64,000 nucleotides of DNA from Isurus oxyrinchus (GCA_026770705.1 JANJGN010000646.1:62001-126000), one strand, 5' to 3'. Positions 50,627 through 63,164 are shown, counted from the stretch's first letter. Notes: a model not told the origin generated them from the letters alone. Numbers and translations: made by a program.

Positions 50627-51076
50627 GTAAGTAACGGAACGATTGGAATTCACTTCCACCACCAACACCGTCCTTTGTTGATGTTGTGACTTTATAAAGA
50701 CAGATTCCAATGATTGATGCCTTTGAAAGATTTCTACTGATTATTGAGATCTGGGTGTGAGGCTCAAGTCTGTTGTACAGAACATCTTTCTAGCTCAAGG
50801 GATGAGGGAAGTGCAGAGACATGAGCTTTGGGATATCCTGAGGTGGTGAAAGGCGATATAGAAATGCAAGTCCTTCATTGATTTATTTTTTTAAAGCTTT
50901 TTCACTCTCTGCAGAGCACCTATCATCCCACAGAGAACCGAATTAGTCTGTGAAGACATTGTCTAAAAGCAGTTCTGATCTCTCGACAGCTGTCGGACAA
51001 GAGGTGAGGTCTCATTAACTCCTTTCTCTTTCACAGTTTGAGAGTCAGAAGCTAAAGGAATATCTGGGAGTGGACA

Positions 51077-51116
51077 ATGATCGGGAAATCTTACTTCCTC
51101 CTGTCACTTCTCCAAG
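51077..51116 (+). CDS. Gene D: leader exon 2 (whole exon 51037-51116)
   Basis: MIGKSYFLLSLLQ, AAG|gtaatt, phase 1. Confidence 0.8.
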
Positions 51117-52189
51117 GTAATTTCATCGTCAACTTGGACAGACTTATGGCTAATAGAATTTGTAAAAGAACATTCTTATTGAGCTCTGATAGGGAACCGA
51201 TTCAGCAGTGAGCCAGTGTACAAACTCACACCAAGTCCCATTCACCCATCACCCCTGTGCTCACTGATATACACTGACTCCCTGTCTGACAGCAGAACTG
51301 CAGGACAGCAGAGACCTCAAAGGGTTTCAGGGCTGGAGGAGGTGACAGTGATAGGGAGTGGAGAGGGAGGATGGAGGGATAAGGAATCAATGAAGAGAAT
51401 TTGAAAATTGAGTCATTGCTGGACTGGGAGCCAGTGTAGGTCAGCGAGTGACAGGGGAGCGACCGGCTGAATAGAGAAGCAGGGATAAAAACTGGGGGAT
51501 GAAGTCTATCCTGATGCAAGCACTCCGATATCAATGCCCTGAAATTTTTCTCTCTTGCTGATTTTCATCAGAATTTCCCATGAAGACAACACAGAAGCTC
51601 TTAGATTAGACAGGCAGTTCAGCGTCACACTTCCTGTCCCTTCTCACCATGCTAAAAAATTCGATAAGATAGCAAGATAACTGATAGAGAGAAGGGAGGC
51701 AAAGCTGTCTGTGTGTAAAACTGTCAAATATTCTGAGTTATCATGATTGTTTCTGATCTGCTGCAGAGTTTATATTTCATTGAAACTTATCACTTTGCAG
51801 CTCAGAGAGAGACCATTGACTCACTGCCTGAAAGGGCGGTGGAAGCAGATTCAACAGGAACTTTCAGAAGGGGAACTGGATAAATACTTGAAGGGGACAT
51901 TTTGCAGGGCTGTGGAGGAGAGAGCAGAGGTGAGAGTGGGACTAACTGGACAGATCTTTCAAAGGCCCAGCACAGGCTCGATGGGCCAAATGGCTTCATT
52001 CTGTTCCGAATCATTCTACAATCCGATAAATTAAGTCCCTTTTCAATAACTCTTCAGGCTCCTGCTGCAGGAATGGATCTTTGAGAAGGGCAGGGAACAA
52101 GCGGTTTCTCATATCATGTTCATATTTATTGACAATTACATCAGTGAAAGGAACTGTTGAATATTTGAGTCTCTAAAGTGTGGATTTAA

Positions 52190-55100
52190 CCTTCTGGTAC
52201 ACCCAGATCTTGTGCTGGTTACCTTGTCTGGAGGTGTCTTTAACTGCTCACCGTGATCTGTGGGATTGTCACCCTTGGATGGTGATCCTGATTTCATGTG
52301 GGATCTGCTCCTCGATGGAATAGGAGCGGGAATGGATCTGAGTTATCCTCGGTTCCACCTCACCGCTGTGCCCTTGTGTGTTTGACTCCATAGGCCCTTG
52401 GTTCTGAACAAATCCTTGTCACCTCGGCTGGTGATCATGAACCTTCTGTGCGATCCTGGATGTGCACTTGTCCCAACTGTAAACTTGGCAACTCTGCACC
52501 TCCATTTTTATCATGAACATTCCTTATCTTCTCTTGTAGTTTTAAAAGTTGCCCTCTGGTTTCTGAGAGAGTAGAATGGGTAAGAGTAGCGAAATTGGTT
52601 ACTACTGGCACACCAAACATGATCTCTGTCAGTGATGGAATAAGGTGAGGTGATGGTGTAGTGGTATTGTTGCTGGACGAGTAATTCAGAGACCCAGGGT
52701 AATGTCCTGAGAATATGGGTTCAAATCCGGCCATAATAGATGATGGAATTTGAATTTAATAAAAATATGAAATTCAAAGTCTAGTGATGACCACAAAACC
52801 ATTGTTAGAAATCCCACCTGGCTCACCAGTGCCCTTTAGGGAACAAAATTATCTGGCAGACATGTGACTCCAGACTCCACGTCAATGTGGTTGACTCTTA
52901 CATTAGGGATGGGTAATAAATCCTGGCCTAGCCAGTGACTCCCACATCCCATGAATGAATTTAACAAAGTTGCAGTTGTAGGTGTTGATCTCAGATGTAA
53001 CATTGCAATGTGTGGATCTTGCTTGGCCTGTCTACATTTGAGAATTAGGGATTTCACTGTGTGAATCATTCATTCAGCTAGGCTGTTAGATCTGGGGTAA
53101 TGAGGAGAAGAAGTAGTGTGATTGATATTCCAGATTATCTGTAATCATGTCCCTAGGTTCACCAAAGAAACTGAAAATAGTGCTTCGAGTGTGTGCAGAA
53201 GTTGTGCTTGGTGTGTTGTGCTATTTTTGAATAACGGGATATCTGGTAAAGCTGTCAACAATGACGATGAAGTCAGTGACATGGACATGAAATGATTCAG
53301 ATTTTGGACTAAGAATGGGCAGGAATTTCCTGTGGAATCAGTGGTTCTTTGACAAGCCTCTTGACAAGCCTTGTACTTCCCTACAAATGATTTCAAGCTC
53401 ATTGTTCATACCCGGCCAGTGACTGTATCTCTTGTGAGTCTCCTTGTCTGATCTGTGTCCATGTGTGAGGGATGAAGTTGTTGAAGAATATAGGATCACA
53501 AATGTTCCGGTATGATGCCCTGCCTGCCTTTAAAAATGGTTCCCTGGGAGATGCCTCGCTTATGCCGATCAGGTCAAATTGAATCAGGCCACCCTTCAAT
53601 GATATTTCCACAGTTCCTGTAGAATTTTTCACTGTTCCCTCTTGTAGCTGCTGTCATTTCTGTTGTGCTAAATATACTGGATCAATTGACAGACTTGCAT
53701 TCTCCTGCAGGTGTAATGTTGCAGCTACCTTGAAACTGCCAATACTGTTGAAACTTTCTGCATATTTCAATGTTATGGCATGAACTGAGGTGATGGGGTA
53801 GTTTCTGAGGTTGACCCATGTGAGGTCTGACAGATTCCATGGATAGTCACTAGTGTGAGGTCACCGCATGCCGGTAGATTGTAATTGCTCAGCGTTTAGT
53901 CTCCACAATGTAGAACATCTGTGACACCCAGGAGGATTGATTGTACTTGCACTCCAGGACTATGGATTCTGCACATGGAGTTGGTGAAGTGTTGTACACA
54001 GCAGTAGGTTTCCCCATGGACTTCCATATCCTTGGATACATGTCTTTGAAAATTTGCTGGGGTGGGCTGGGGGAGGGGAATGTTGGCACTTGCCCCTGTG
54101 TCAATCTTGGCCAATAAAGGGGAGGTAGCAACTTTCTCAGGGCAGATAATTGGAATCTTGGCCAATAGTGCAGGTGATATGACGGCATCTGTTCTCCATG
54201 AGATTGATGGTGTAAAAGGTGTGAAATTGTTCAACAATTGCACAATACGTTGAGCACAAGTGCTGCACAAACTCCAGGCTGGGGTTTTCTGGCCTGGTCA
54301 TGGTAGGACCTGCCTTGGGAGATTGGGACAAATATAAATCCAATGGCTTTCGGCTGGTCCATACAATCCTGGCAGTGGGTGGGGCCAGAAAATTCCACCC
54401 CTATGGGACATTTTCAGTTTATTTGATGTGCTGAGAGATATCATTAAGGACAACAATCCACAATTTATTGGCAAGCCACGTCAGGATATGTGTGAGAGGT
54501 GGAATATTGATCACCGCTCCTCGTCTCATCGTGCACATCATCGCCATTTCCTGGTTTGCCAGTCACCACATGTATATGTTCCTGATGGGATAGCGGATGG
54601 TCATTCTTATTGCTTGAAGTTTCCCCACTGTGTAGGGTTATTTTGGATCAGCTCATGGCTCTTTGTAGCTGCATCAGCCTTTGCTCTAGTGCCCTGCCGC
54701 TGTCAATGGCCCTTTCTGCCACAAGCCTTGCAGGATTGGTGGAAAGCTGGGCATTTCCTTGGTGCCTGCAGAAGGCCACACCTTCCACACGTCTCACTAG
54801 GTTTGGATGTTCTAGTGAGTGTGTCAACAATTGATGTTGTACAGAGGACCTGTAATCTTCGTTGACCTGTGAGGATCCCTTCGTATTTATGTCCATCCTT
54901 GAGTAGCTCTTCAATGCTATAGGTTTTGGTGTTATCTAGCAGAGCTTTCTGGAAGGCATCCATGGGAGTGGATGCGATCACCAACTCAACAACTCTGTTT
55001 GCAGTCTCTGTGTTTGAAACCACAGTGCGTACCCTTTTCTCTACATCGGCTGATGAAGTGGTCTATGGATTTTGTAGGCTGATGAAATGACATAAACTCT

Positions 55101-56000
55101 AGTTGATGAATATGGAGTTTCACCTGATTCTGAACCTGTCTTCCAATATCGTCCATATCTATTGGGGATCCTTTCGCTCTTCTGCTGTTAATCCTGACGT
55201 GTTCAGCCTGTGTAGACCTTCATTCCCAATCACGAGGTGAATTTTTATGGCTTGCTCGTCTGGTTCAGTCACACCTGAATCAGGAAACCAGAGCTCTGTA
55301 CGCTGTTTAAACATTCTGAATTCAGATAGTCGGTCAGCTACATCCCAGTTCAAACTGGGGAATTTCGAGGACATTCTGACAATATTCCTTTGACCTTCCT
55401 TCTCCTACAGGACCTGGGATGAGTGTCGCTTTAGCCCCTTTCGTGTGCTTTTCCGAAGCTCTGCCCACGAAGACGGGTTGTGGCAGGAACACACCACGGA
55501 GTAATGGAGTCTTTGTTTTTTATTCAATTTGCTGTTCAGCCATCTCGAAGCCGCCCGTTATAATCACTAACTTCTCTGGGCTGATTTTTATAATGGTTTT
55601 TGTGTGTTTGACTCTCCCTCGCTCACTATCGATCCAGCCCACACCCTGGTCACTCGCCTTCCCTGACTGAGCTAACCCGCTGCTGGTCCTGGCGATACAC
55701 ACTGTCCCACTCACTGACCTACAGGCCGTCCGCTGTAATCTCACCACGAGGGATCCGTCTGCTCCCCAGCTCTTTACTTGAGCTCTTTCCCGTCACTGTG
55801 TCTTCAAAGGTTTCCTGAGCAGTCAGTACACTGCGATTTCAACCCTCTCTGATGCTGTGTCTCTGTTGTGGTCTGACCAAAGCGTCGAGGGTCGTCTCAT
55901 GTCATGTAGCTCGATCTAAGGCTGTTCACCACGTCATACCTGTACTGAATCTTGCTGCCAGAATGTTTGGCCACCGCTGATCACCATGTTGTGTTTTTAT
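52190..56000 (-). mobile_element. Degenerate Gypsy LTR retrotransposon (gag, protease, integrase; no RT recognisable)
   Basis: gag FRMFKQRTELWF, zinc knuckle CGRCG..CPAFHQSCKACGRKGH, protease KIDTGASAN, integrase HTTSSPHYPRSNSLAE..IHTVK. Many stops and frameshifts. Confidence 0.85.
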
Positions 56001-58088
56001 AATGATATAAAGGCACCAGCCACTGATACAGAATTGGGTAAATACATTGTGGGTTCATTTATTTAGAACAGGGACATGAGAACAGATATACAAGGATAGA
56101 AAGCTGGGAGACACCTGCAGCCAAACTGTGTGAGCTGTGTTCTGCTCACAGGCCAAAGTGAAACTTGGACTGGATGGTGTTACCATCCCAGCTGATGTTA
56201 CTACTGGGCAAGTCAGATCCCAGGGTGGAACTCAGCTTGATAGGTCCTAACTTTTATTTTTTATTTAGGAATGTGGAGTGCGGCTACTGAACAGAGTCAC
56301 AGGAGTCATCTGATGAACTTCTAACAAAAGAATAAAACATTTATTAAACTAGGAAAGACAAACTATATTATATTACTCCTTCACCCAGACCTATACATTT
56401 ACAGATTCATAAGTAGAACACAAGTTACGATAACTATCTTATACTCTCATGTTCACACTAAGTACACAGTCCATGTAAACCAATAGACGACCTGTGGTCA
56501 GGGACACCACATTCTGAAAGCAAGTGGCAGAGCCCACTTGAAACAAATTCTTTATCTCATCTGTCCCCAGATGCTTGTTACACTGTGAGCCAACCAGTCT
56601 CACTGAAAAGCTTCTTTCATATGAGAGTTTCCAATCTCCACTCTCCAAGAACTCTCTTTGGAATCTCCTCCAACATGACACTTTCACTCAGACACCTTCC
56701 ACAAGGGTCCACTTTCACTATTTCAAACTCTCCTTCCCATGTTCCTGCCCCCTGGATCGCCACGTGCATTCAGCCTTCCTTCCACGCCCTGTCTCTCCAA
56801 TGCTCAGCCGTGTCAATGGAACACCATGGCTTCACATGGCCGTAGTAATGAGTCACCAACCTGTGGTGTCTCCTAGGATCTTCTGGCTTCTCACAAGCCT
56901 ATTTTGCTTTAGGCCTGTGTCCTGCTGCTTCTTCCTTTATGTTTGGAGCCTTCTTCTGCTCCTCACTCTTAACTTCATTTTACAGGGCCTTTTCCAGATT
57001 TGACTAGAAGGTTTTCTTGGGCCCTTTCTCCTGTCAAACTCGATAGTTTTGGCTTCTTCTTTACTTTGGGACTGACTATCTGTCCCACTCCTTTGCTGCT
57101 TCTCCTGGCAACTCCTTTCAACAGAACTGAAAGTACTGTTTTTCTCGGTCTCTGTGAGTCCCTCCCTCTGCATCACTGTTGCTAGGCAACAGCACAGTTT
57201 CTTACGCCTTGTATTTGTTTTGACTTCCCTTCAACAGTCATAAAAGCTCAATGGAATGCTGGCTTCTTTTTAACTCAAGTTCCCCCTTTTCTCAACACCC
57301 AAATACAGAAATACAAACTAAACTTGAACTTAAAGATAGACCTTTTGCCTAACACACACAAATACACATAGAACTTACTTAAGCGAACACCAGTTCCTAA
57401 AAATAACATGACACACTTCCCCTCGAGTGATGTCATGCTGCTGTCCCTGAAAGGCATATTACAACAGTGTTATCACTTGGCAGGTGATGTGTGCCAGGCA
57501 GACCAAGTCCCTGAGAGAAACCTGGTCACACTATCATAATGATTTTGCAATTGGTATTTATTATGAGATGTGTGCACTTAATCCAGAAGCAATAACTCCA
57601 CCAATACCTTTAGAGATTTAAAACAATAAATTAACATATTTGTCATCAAAATAAAGGATTTCAAGCACATACGTAACTACAAGACTGCTATCATAACTCC
57701 TAAAATTCCTAATTAACCTGACTCCCAGTTACAGTCCCTTAAAGGCAACAGACCAAAAATAGATGTTAGATTTAAAACAAAATCAGCAAGTTAACCCAAT
57801 GCCCCGGACAGTGGAATTCCAAATGCATTGTCCCCAACTTCAGTTCTGTTGGAGAACAGGCTTCTGCACAAACAGGGTCCTGAGGACAATGAACCAATGT
57901 AGAATGAACTTTTCCGCTTTTGTGTCCAGGATTCTCTTCCATCTGGTGTGATACCTTGTGGAGTTCCATGTGTGTCCTGTAGATGGTCCACACTGCAGCC
58001 ACTGTGCCCCAGTGATGGAGGGGGTGGATATCGAGTCTAGTGGATCAACAAAACATCCAGAGTTAAATATTGATATTTCTCTCCCCAG

Positions 58089-58466
58089 TTGGATTGTCAC
58101 AAGAGTGGAAAGGTGATACTCCACGAGAGGTGACAGCGCAGGAAGGTTTGTGTGTACAGATTCCATGTCATTACAGTTATCCATCAGATTTGGTAAAGAA
58201 ACCACATGTCGGAATCTGGAAAATGAGAAGGTACATACGGAACAAATGGTCTAAATGGTCTATAGCCTTTCACTCCAAGGGACACAGTCACGAGTTACCA
58301 CGGTTCCGCCATCGGACCCGGCTGTCTGGAGACCTGAAAGATGGCGACTGTTCCCTGATTATAAACAACATCAGACGGGAAGATGCAGGACCTTATTTTT
58401 TCACGATAAAATTTGGCAATCGTCCGAGCCATAACGTTTCCCCTGTAACCCAGCTTCAGGTTTCTG
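58089..58466 (+). CDS. Gene D: V-set exon 1 (Siglec-type, essential Arg replaced by Thr)
   Basis: ctccccag|...|gtaagt, 378 nt, phase 1-1. LCVQIPCHYSYP...GDLKDGDCSLIINNIRREDAGPYFFTIK. Confidence 0.88.
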
Positions 58467-58734
58467 GTAAGTGCTGTGTTATAATTACTCACCAATTCAC
58501 ATCCAACACTCAATGGGAAATAATAGTGTTTGATTTGCTTGTTTTTTGGCCGTGTTAACCAGCGTCACTATTTTTAATGATTTGTCTATTTCTGCTCCCA
58601 GATCCATGAGCTTATTGTGTGTGATTGAATCCACATCATAGCTGTAATGTAAACCGAGCTGAGGGGTGATGACACCTCCCCCCTGAGTGAAGTATCTCCT
58701 CCCCACTACACCTTTCACCCCTCACACTGTCCGT

Positions 58735-59720
58735 GTAAACCCCCGTCCCATCTCCAGCCTCTCTTTCCCCTCCAAAGTCCTTGAACGTGTTTCCATCTCC
58801 CGAATCCGTTCCCATCTTTCCCGGATCTCCATGTTTGAATCCCTCCAATCAGGTTCCCACCCCAGCCACTGTGCTGAAACAGCTCTTATCAAGGTCACAA
58901 ATGGCATCCTGTGTGACTGTGACAAAGGTCAACTTTCCCTCCTCGTCCTTCTCGATCTGTCTGCAGCCTTTGACACGCTCGACCACACCATCCTCCTCCA
59001 ACACCTCTCCACTGTCGTCCAGCTGGGTGGGACTGCTCTCCCCTGGCTCCATTCTTATCCATCTCATCGTAGCCAGAGAATCACTTGCAATGGCTTTGCA
59101 GCATCATCTGAACAGTGTTAGTTTTCACCTGTCCACTGAGGATGCCCAGCTCTACCTCACCACCACCTCTCTCGACTCCTCCACTGCTGCTTATTTTCAG
59201 GCTGCTTATCCGACATCCAGTACTGGATGGGCAGAAATTCCCTCCAATTAAATATTGGAAAGACTGAAGCCATTGTCTTCATTCCCCGCTCCAAACTCTG
59301 TTCCCTCGCTACCAACTCCATTCCTCTCCCTGACAGCTCTCTGAGATTGAAGCCAATCTGTTCACAGCTTTGTTGTCCCATTTGATCCTGAGATGAGCTT
59401 CCGGCCTCATATCTGCGCCCTCACTAACACCGTCTATTTCCACCTCCGTAACATCGCACGACATCACCCTGTCTCAGCTCATCTGCTGCTGAAACCCTCA
59501 TCCACACCTTCATTACCTCCAGACTCGACTGTTCCAACACACGCTCTACACTCCATAAACTTGAGGCCATCCAAATCTGCTGACCACGTCCTTACTCACA
59601 CCAAGTCCCGTTCCCTTATCACCCGCTCTGCTCGATGACTGAGACTGGCTCCTGGTCAAGCAAAGTCTCAATGTCCAAATTTTCATCTTTGTTTCCTCAT
59701 TATCCCTGTAATCTCCTCGT
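58735..59720 (+). mobile_element. L2-clade LINE RT fragment
   Basis: RPISSLSFPSKVLER..ETALIKVTNGIL..LLVLLDLSAAFDTLDH. Confidence 0.85.
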
Positions 59721-60200
59721 CCTCCTCCAGTATCTACAATCATCCCATTCTCTGTAACCTCTTCAATTCTCTACCACTTCCCTATAGCTGTAAATTCATC
59801 CTGCCAAAACAAACCTACCAATCTCTGCAACCTCCTCCAGCCACTACAAACCTCCCTATTTCTGTAACTTCCTCCTGCCCCTAAAAGCTTCCATATCTCT
59901 GTAGCCTGCTCCAGTCCTGACAACTTTCCCTGCCCCTGTAACCTGCCCCAGTCACTACAACCCTCCCGACCTCTGCAAACTCCTCCAGACCCTACACTCT
60001 CCCAATCTCTCTTAACTTTTCCAGCCGCTACAACCCTCCCTATCTCTGTAACTCCTCCAATCACTACAACCCTCACTGTCTCTGTAATCTCCTCCAGACC
60101 CTACACTCTCCCAATCTCTCTTAACTTTTTCAGACCGTACAACACTTCCTATCTCTGTAACCTCCTCCAGTCACTCCAACCATATGAGGTCTCTGCGCTC
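59720..60200 (+). repeat. Diverged ~36-bp tandem repeat within the L2 3' region
   Basis: ctacaaccctccctatctctgtaacctcctccag-like units. Confidence 0.75.
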
Positions 60201-60339
60201 CTCCAATCCAAGCCTCTTGACCATCCCCCGATCCCAAAACTCCAACATCGGCAGTTGTGCCTTCAGCCTTGAGTCTTATTTTTGAGGGAATGTACAACAT
60301 CCTTAGATTTCTGACCAAAATGTAATTTGATTATTTTTA

Positions 60340-60760
60340 TTGAGCCAATGCCAAGCCCTGATACCGAGCGAGAGCCTCCTCATTTGCTGAGTTTAAGGTG
60401 ATGAGTCAGCCCCTTAGTCCGTAGAGGGGATTCTCCTCGGTAATGTGCAGCCTTGTTTGTGTCTCTCCACAAGCGCATGAGGGGTTTGTACAGAGGCTGC
60501 CGTGCTGGAGGGGGTCTGCACAGGGGTCCTGGCCTGTCCTGAGCCGGTTTTAGCAAGGACCATTCTGGCCATGGCAGCTGAAAGCCAGCCATTGGACAGA
60601 CGGGGCCTGTCACAAGGAGCCTGTTAGTCACTCCCCACCGTGTCTCCAGTGCTCGGATCCAGACCATGTTGGCTGGTGGATCTGGCTCAGGAAGGGTCCT
60701 CCCCATGGGACCCCCAGATGGAAGGTGGGTCGAGCGGGTCAGTCACTTGCATGTTTATTC
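60340..60760 (-). mobile_element. Ingi/Vingi-like LINE C-terminal fragment
   Basis: GFQLPWPEWSLL followed by a frameshifted NRLRTGQG-like segment. Confidence 0.4.
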
Positions 60761-60794
60761 TGCAGCTTTAATATTTTAAGAAGGTAAGAATGTA

Positions 60795-61520
60795 GGAACA
60801 TAAGAAATAGGGACAGGAGCAGGCCATTCGGCCCCTCCAGCCTGCTCTCACTGATCTGGTTGTGGCCTTAACTCCATTTTCCTGCCTGTCCCCCAAACCC
60901 TTGACTCCCTTGTCGATCAAAAACCTGCCTCACTCAGCCTTGAGTCTATTCAATGGCCCAGCCTCCACTGCTCTCTGGGGAAGAGAATTCCACAGGCTAG
61001 CGCCCCTCTGAGAGAGGAAATTCCTCCTCATCTCAGTCTTAAATGGGAGAGTCCTCATTCCGAAACTGTGCTCCCTGGTTCTAGATTCCCCCACGAGGGG
61101 GAAACATCCTCCCAGCATCCACCCTGTCAAGCCCCCTCGGAATCGGATATGTTTCAATAAGGTCACCCCTCATTCTTCTAAACTCCAATGGATACAGGCC
61201 CAACCTGCTCAACATTTCCTCACAGGATAAACCCTTTAATCCCAGGAATCAGCCCAGTGAAGCTTCTCTGAACTGCCTGTACACAATGATCCTGTTACAT
61301 TCTCACCAACGCCCTGTGCAGCTGTTGCAAGACTTCCCTCCTTTTATACTCCATCCCTTTGCAATAAAGGCCAACATTCCACTTGCCTTCCTCATTCCGT
61401 GGTGTTCCTGAATGCTGACTTTCTGTGATTCATGTACAAGGACACCCAGATCCCTCTGTACTGCATTCTGCAGCCTCTCTCCATTTAAATAATATTCTGT
61501 TTTTCTATTCATCCTGCCAA
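60795..61520 (-). mobile_element. CR1-like LINE 3' end
   Basis: QRDLGVLVHESQK and MRRNFLSQR..WNSLPQRAVEA. The 3' UTR reads acataagaaatagggacaggagcaggccattcggcccctccagcctg on the plus strand. Confidence 0.88.
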
Positions 61521-61641
61521 AATAATTTGTTGCCATTCTCCTCAGTATTAACCATCCTCCAAATTCTGTCTCATCTGTAAATATCGGGTTCAGTGGATCC
61601 ACAAAACATCCAGAGATAAATATTGAGATTTCTCTCCACAG

Positions 61642-62007
61642 TTGGACTGTCACAAGAGTGGAAAGGTGACACTCCACGAGAGGTGACAGCGCAGGAAGAT
61701 TCCTGTGTACAGATTCCATGTCATTACAGTTATCCATCGTGTCTGGAAAACCAACCACGAGTTGGAGTCTGGTTTAATAATGAGGAACGGAGAACATTGT
61801 CTATAGCCTTTCACTCCAAGGATCACAGTCACGAGTTACCACAGTTCCACCATCGGACCCGGCTGTCTGGAGACCTGAAAGATGGCGACTGTTCTCTGAT
61901 TATAAACAACATCAGACGGGAAGATGCAGGACCTTATTTTTTCAGAATAGAATTTGACAATGCTCCGAGCTATAACTATTACCCTGTAACCCAGCTTCAT
62001 GTTTCTG
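61642..62007 (+). CDS. Gene D: V-set exon 2 (canonical Siglec V with the essential Arg)
   Basis: ctccacag|...|gtaagt, 366 nt. SCVQIPC...GDCSL...DAGPYFFRIEFDNAPSYNYY has the F-strand Arg and G-strand aromatics. Confidence 0.93.
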
Positions 62008-62745
62008 GTAAGTGCTGTGTTATAATTACTCAACATTTCACATTCAACACTCAATGGGAAATAACACAAACTATGATGTTTACATATTAACACAAAACAC
62101 AGCTTATTATAACACACTGTCTGATTCTCAATAACCTGGTGATAGCTTCCAGTTCAGTCCTAAAGCAACCTCTAATACTCACTTTAATATCAATGATTAA
62201 ATATATTGACTGTGTCCATCAATGTTATCAGGTTATCCACTCCCATCGATCTCTCTAATCCTAATCTCTAATGTCTCGAAGCCTGACATATCGACAGAAG
62301 AAAGATTCACATTTCTATAGCACCTTTCACCACCTCAGAACGTACCAAATCACTTCACAGCCAATGAGCTGATTCCTGAATTGTAGTTACTGTTGTAATG
62401 TGAGAAACACAGCAGCCAATTTGCGCACAGCAAGCTCCCACAAATTGCAAAGTAATAAATGGCCCAGATCGCTGAGTGAATGATGGGGTAGTGCACTCCA
62501 AACTCTGGTCTGCTCCTCCACCCTCACCCACTATTATCAGTTCAAGTGTCTCGGAGTGAACGTGTGTTAAGCTGCGAGACAGAAACACCAAAGTGTCAAA
62601 GCAGGAAATGCTCTCCTGATCATTGTAACCTCTCAGTTCTGATATCATCCTTGTAAAAGTGCTTTCTCTTGTGGGACTGTGGTTTCTATTTGAACTGATG
62701 CTTCACGTTATATTTCTCTAAAAGGATCCATTCTCTGTCTGTTAG

Positions 62746-63042
62746 ATTTCACAGATAAACCCACGATATTCCCTGCTGAAATTATTGCAGGAAAGCGTGT
62801 GGATGTAAGCTGCACCTTCAACACAACGTGCAATGGAACAGCAGCACCTGTCTTAACCTGGGACACTCCCACTGACGTACCTGGATCAGTCTCAAACACT
62901 GTAACTCAGCATGGTGTCACTCTGACCTATACTTCTGTTCTGACCCTGATCCCATCACTCAAACACCACGGACACACTCTCAGCTGCAGAGTGAGATATC
63001 CATCTGTTTCATCGGAGCGGACCCTCGTACTAACTGTGCAAG
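62746..63042 (+). CDS. Gene D: Siglec domain-2 C2 exon
   Basis: ctgttag|...CAAG|gtaaga, 297 nt. DFTDKPTI...VSCTFNTTCNGTAAPVLTW...LTLIPSLKHHGHTLSC. Confidence 0.92.
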
Positions 63043-63164
63043 GTAAGAACGGACACCCTTCCATCTACATTAGCTAGAAAGCTCTACATAGTACACTGCA
63101 AGATCCCACAACTGCATTGTGTTTAGCAACAAATCAATAGTCTTTAACTGATACAAATTCGCCT

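Noticed and set aside
58089-62007. RAG-rearranging V segments (Ig/TCR/NAR-like)
   Set aside because: The V exons are complete through the G strand, end in GT donors, have Siglec rather than antigen-receptor cysteines, and show no heptamer-spacer-nonamer. The satellite's gacagtg has no nonamer.
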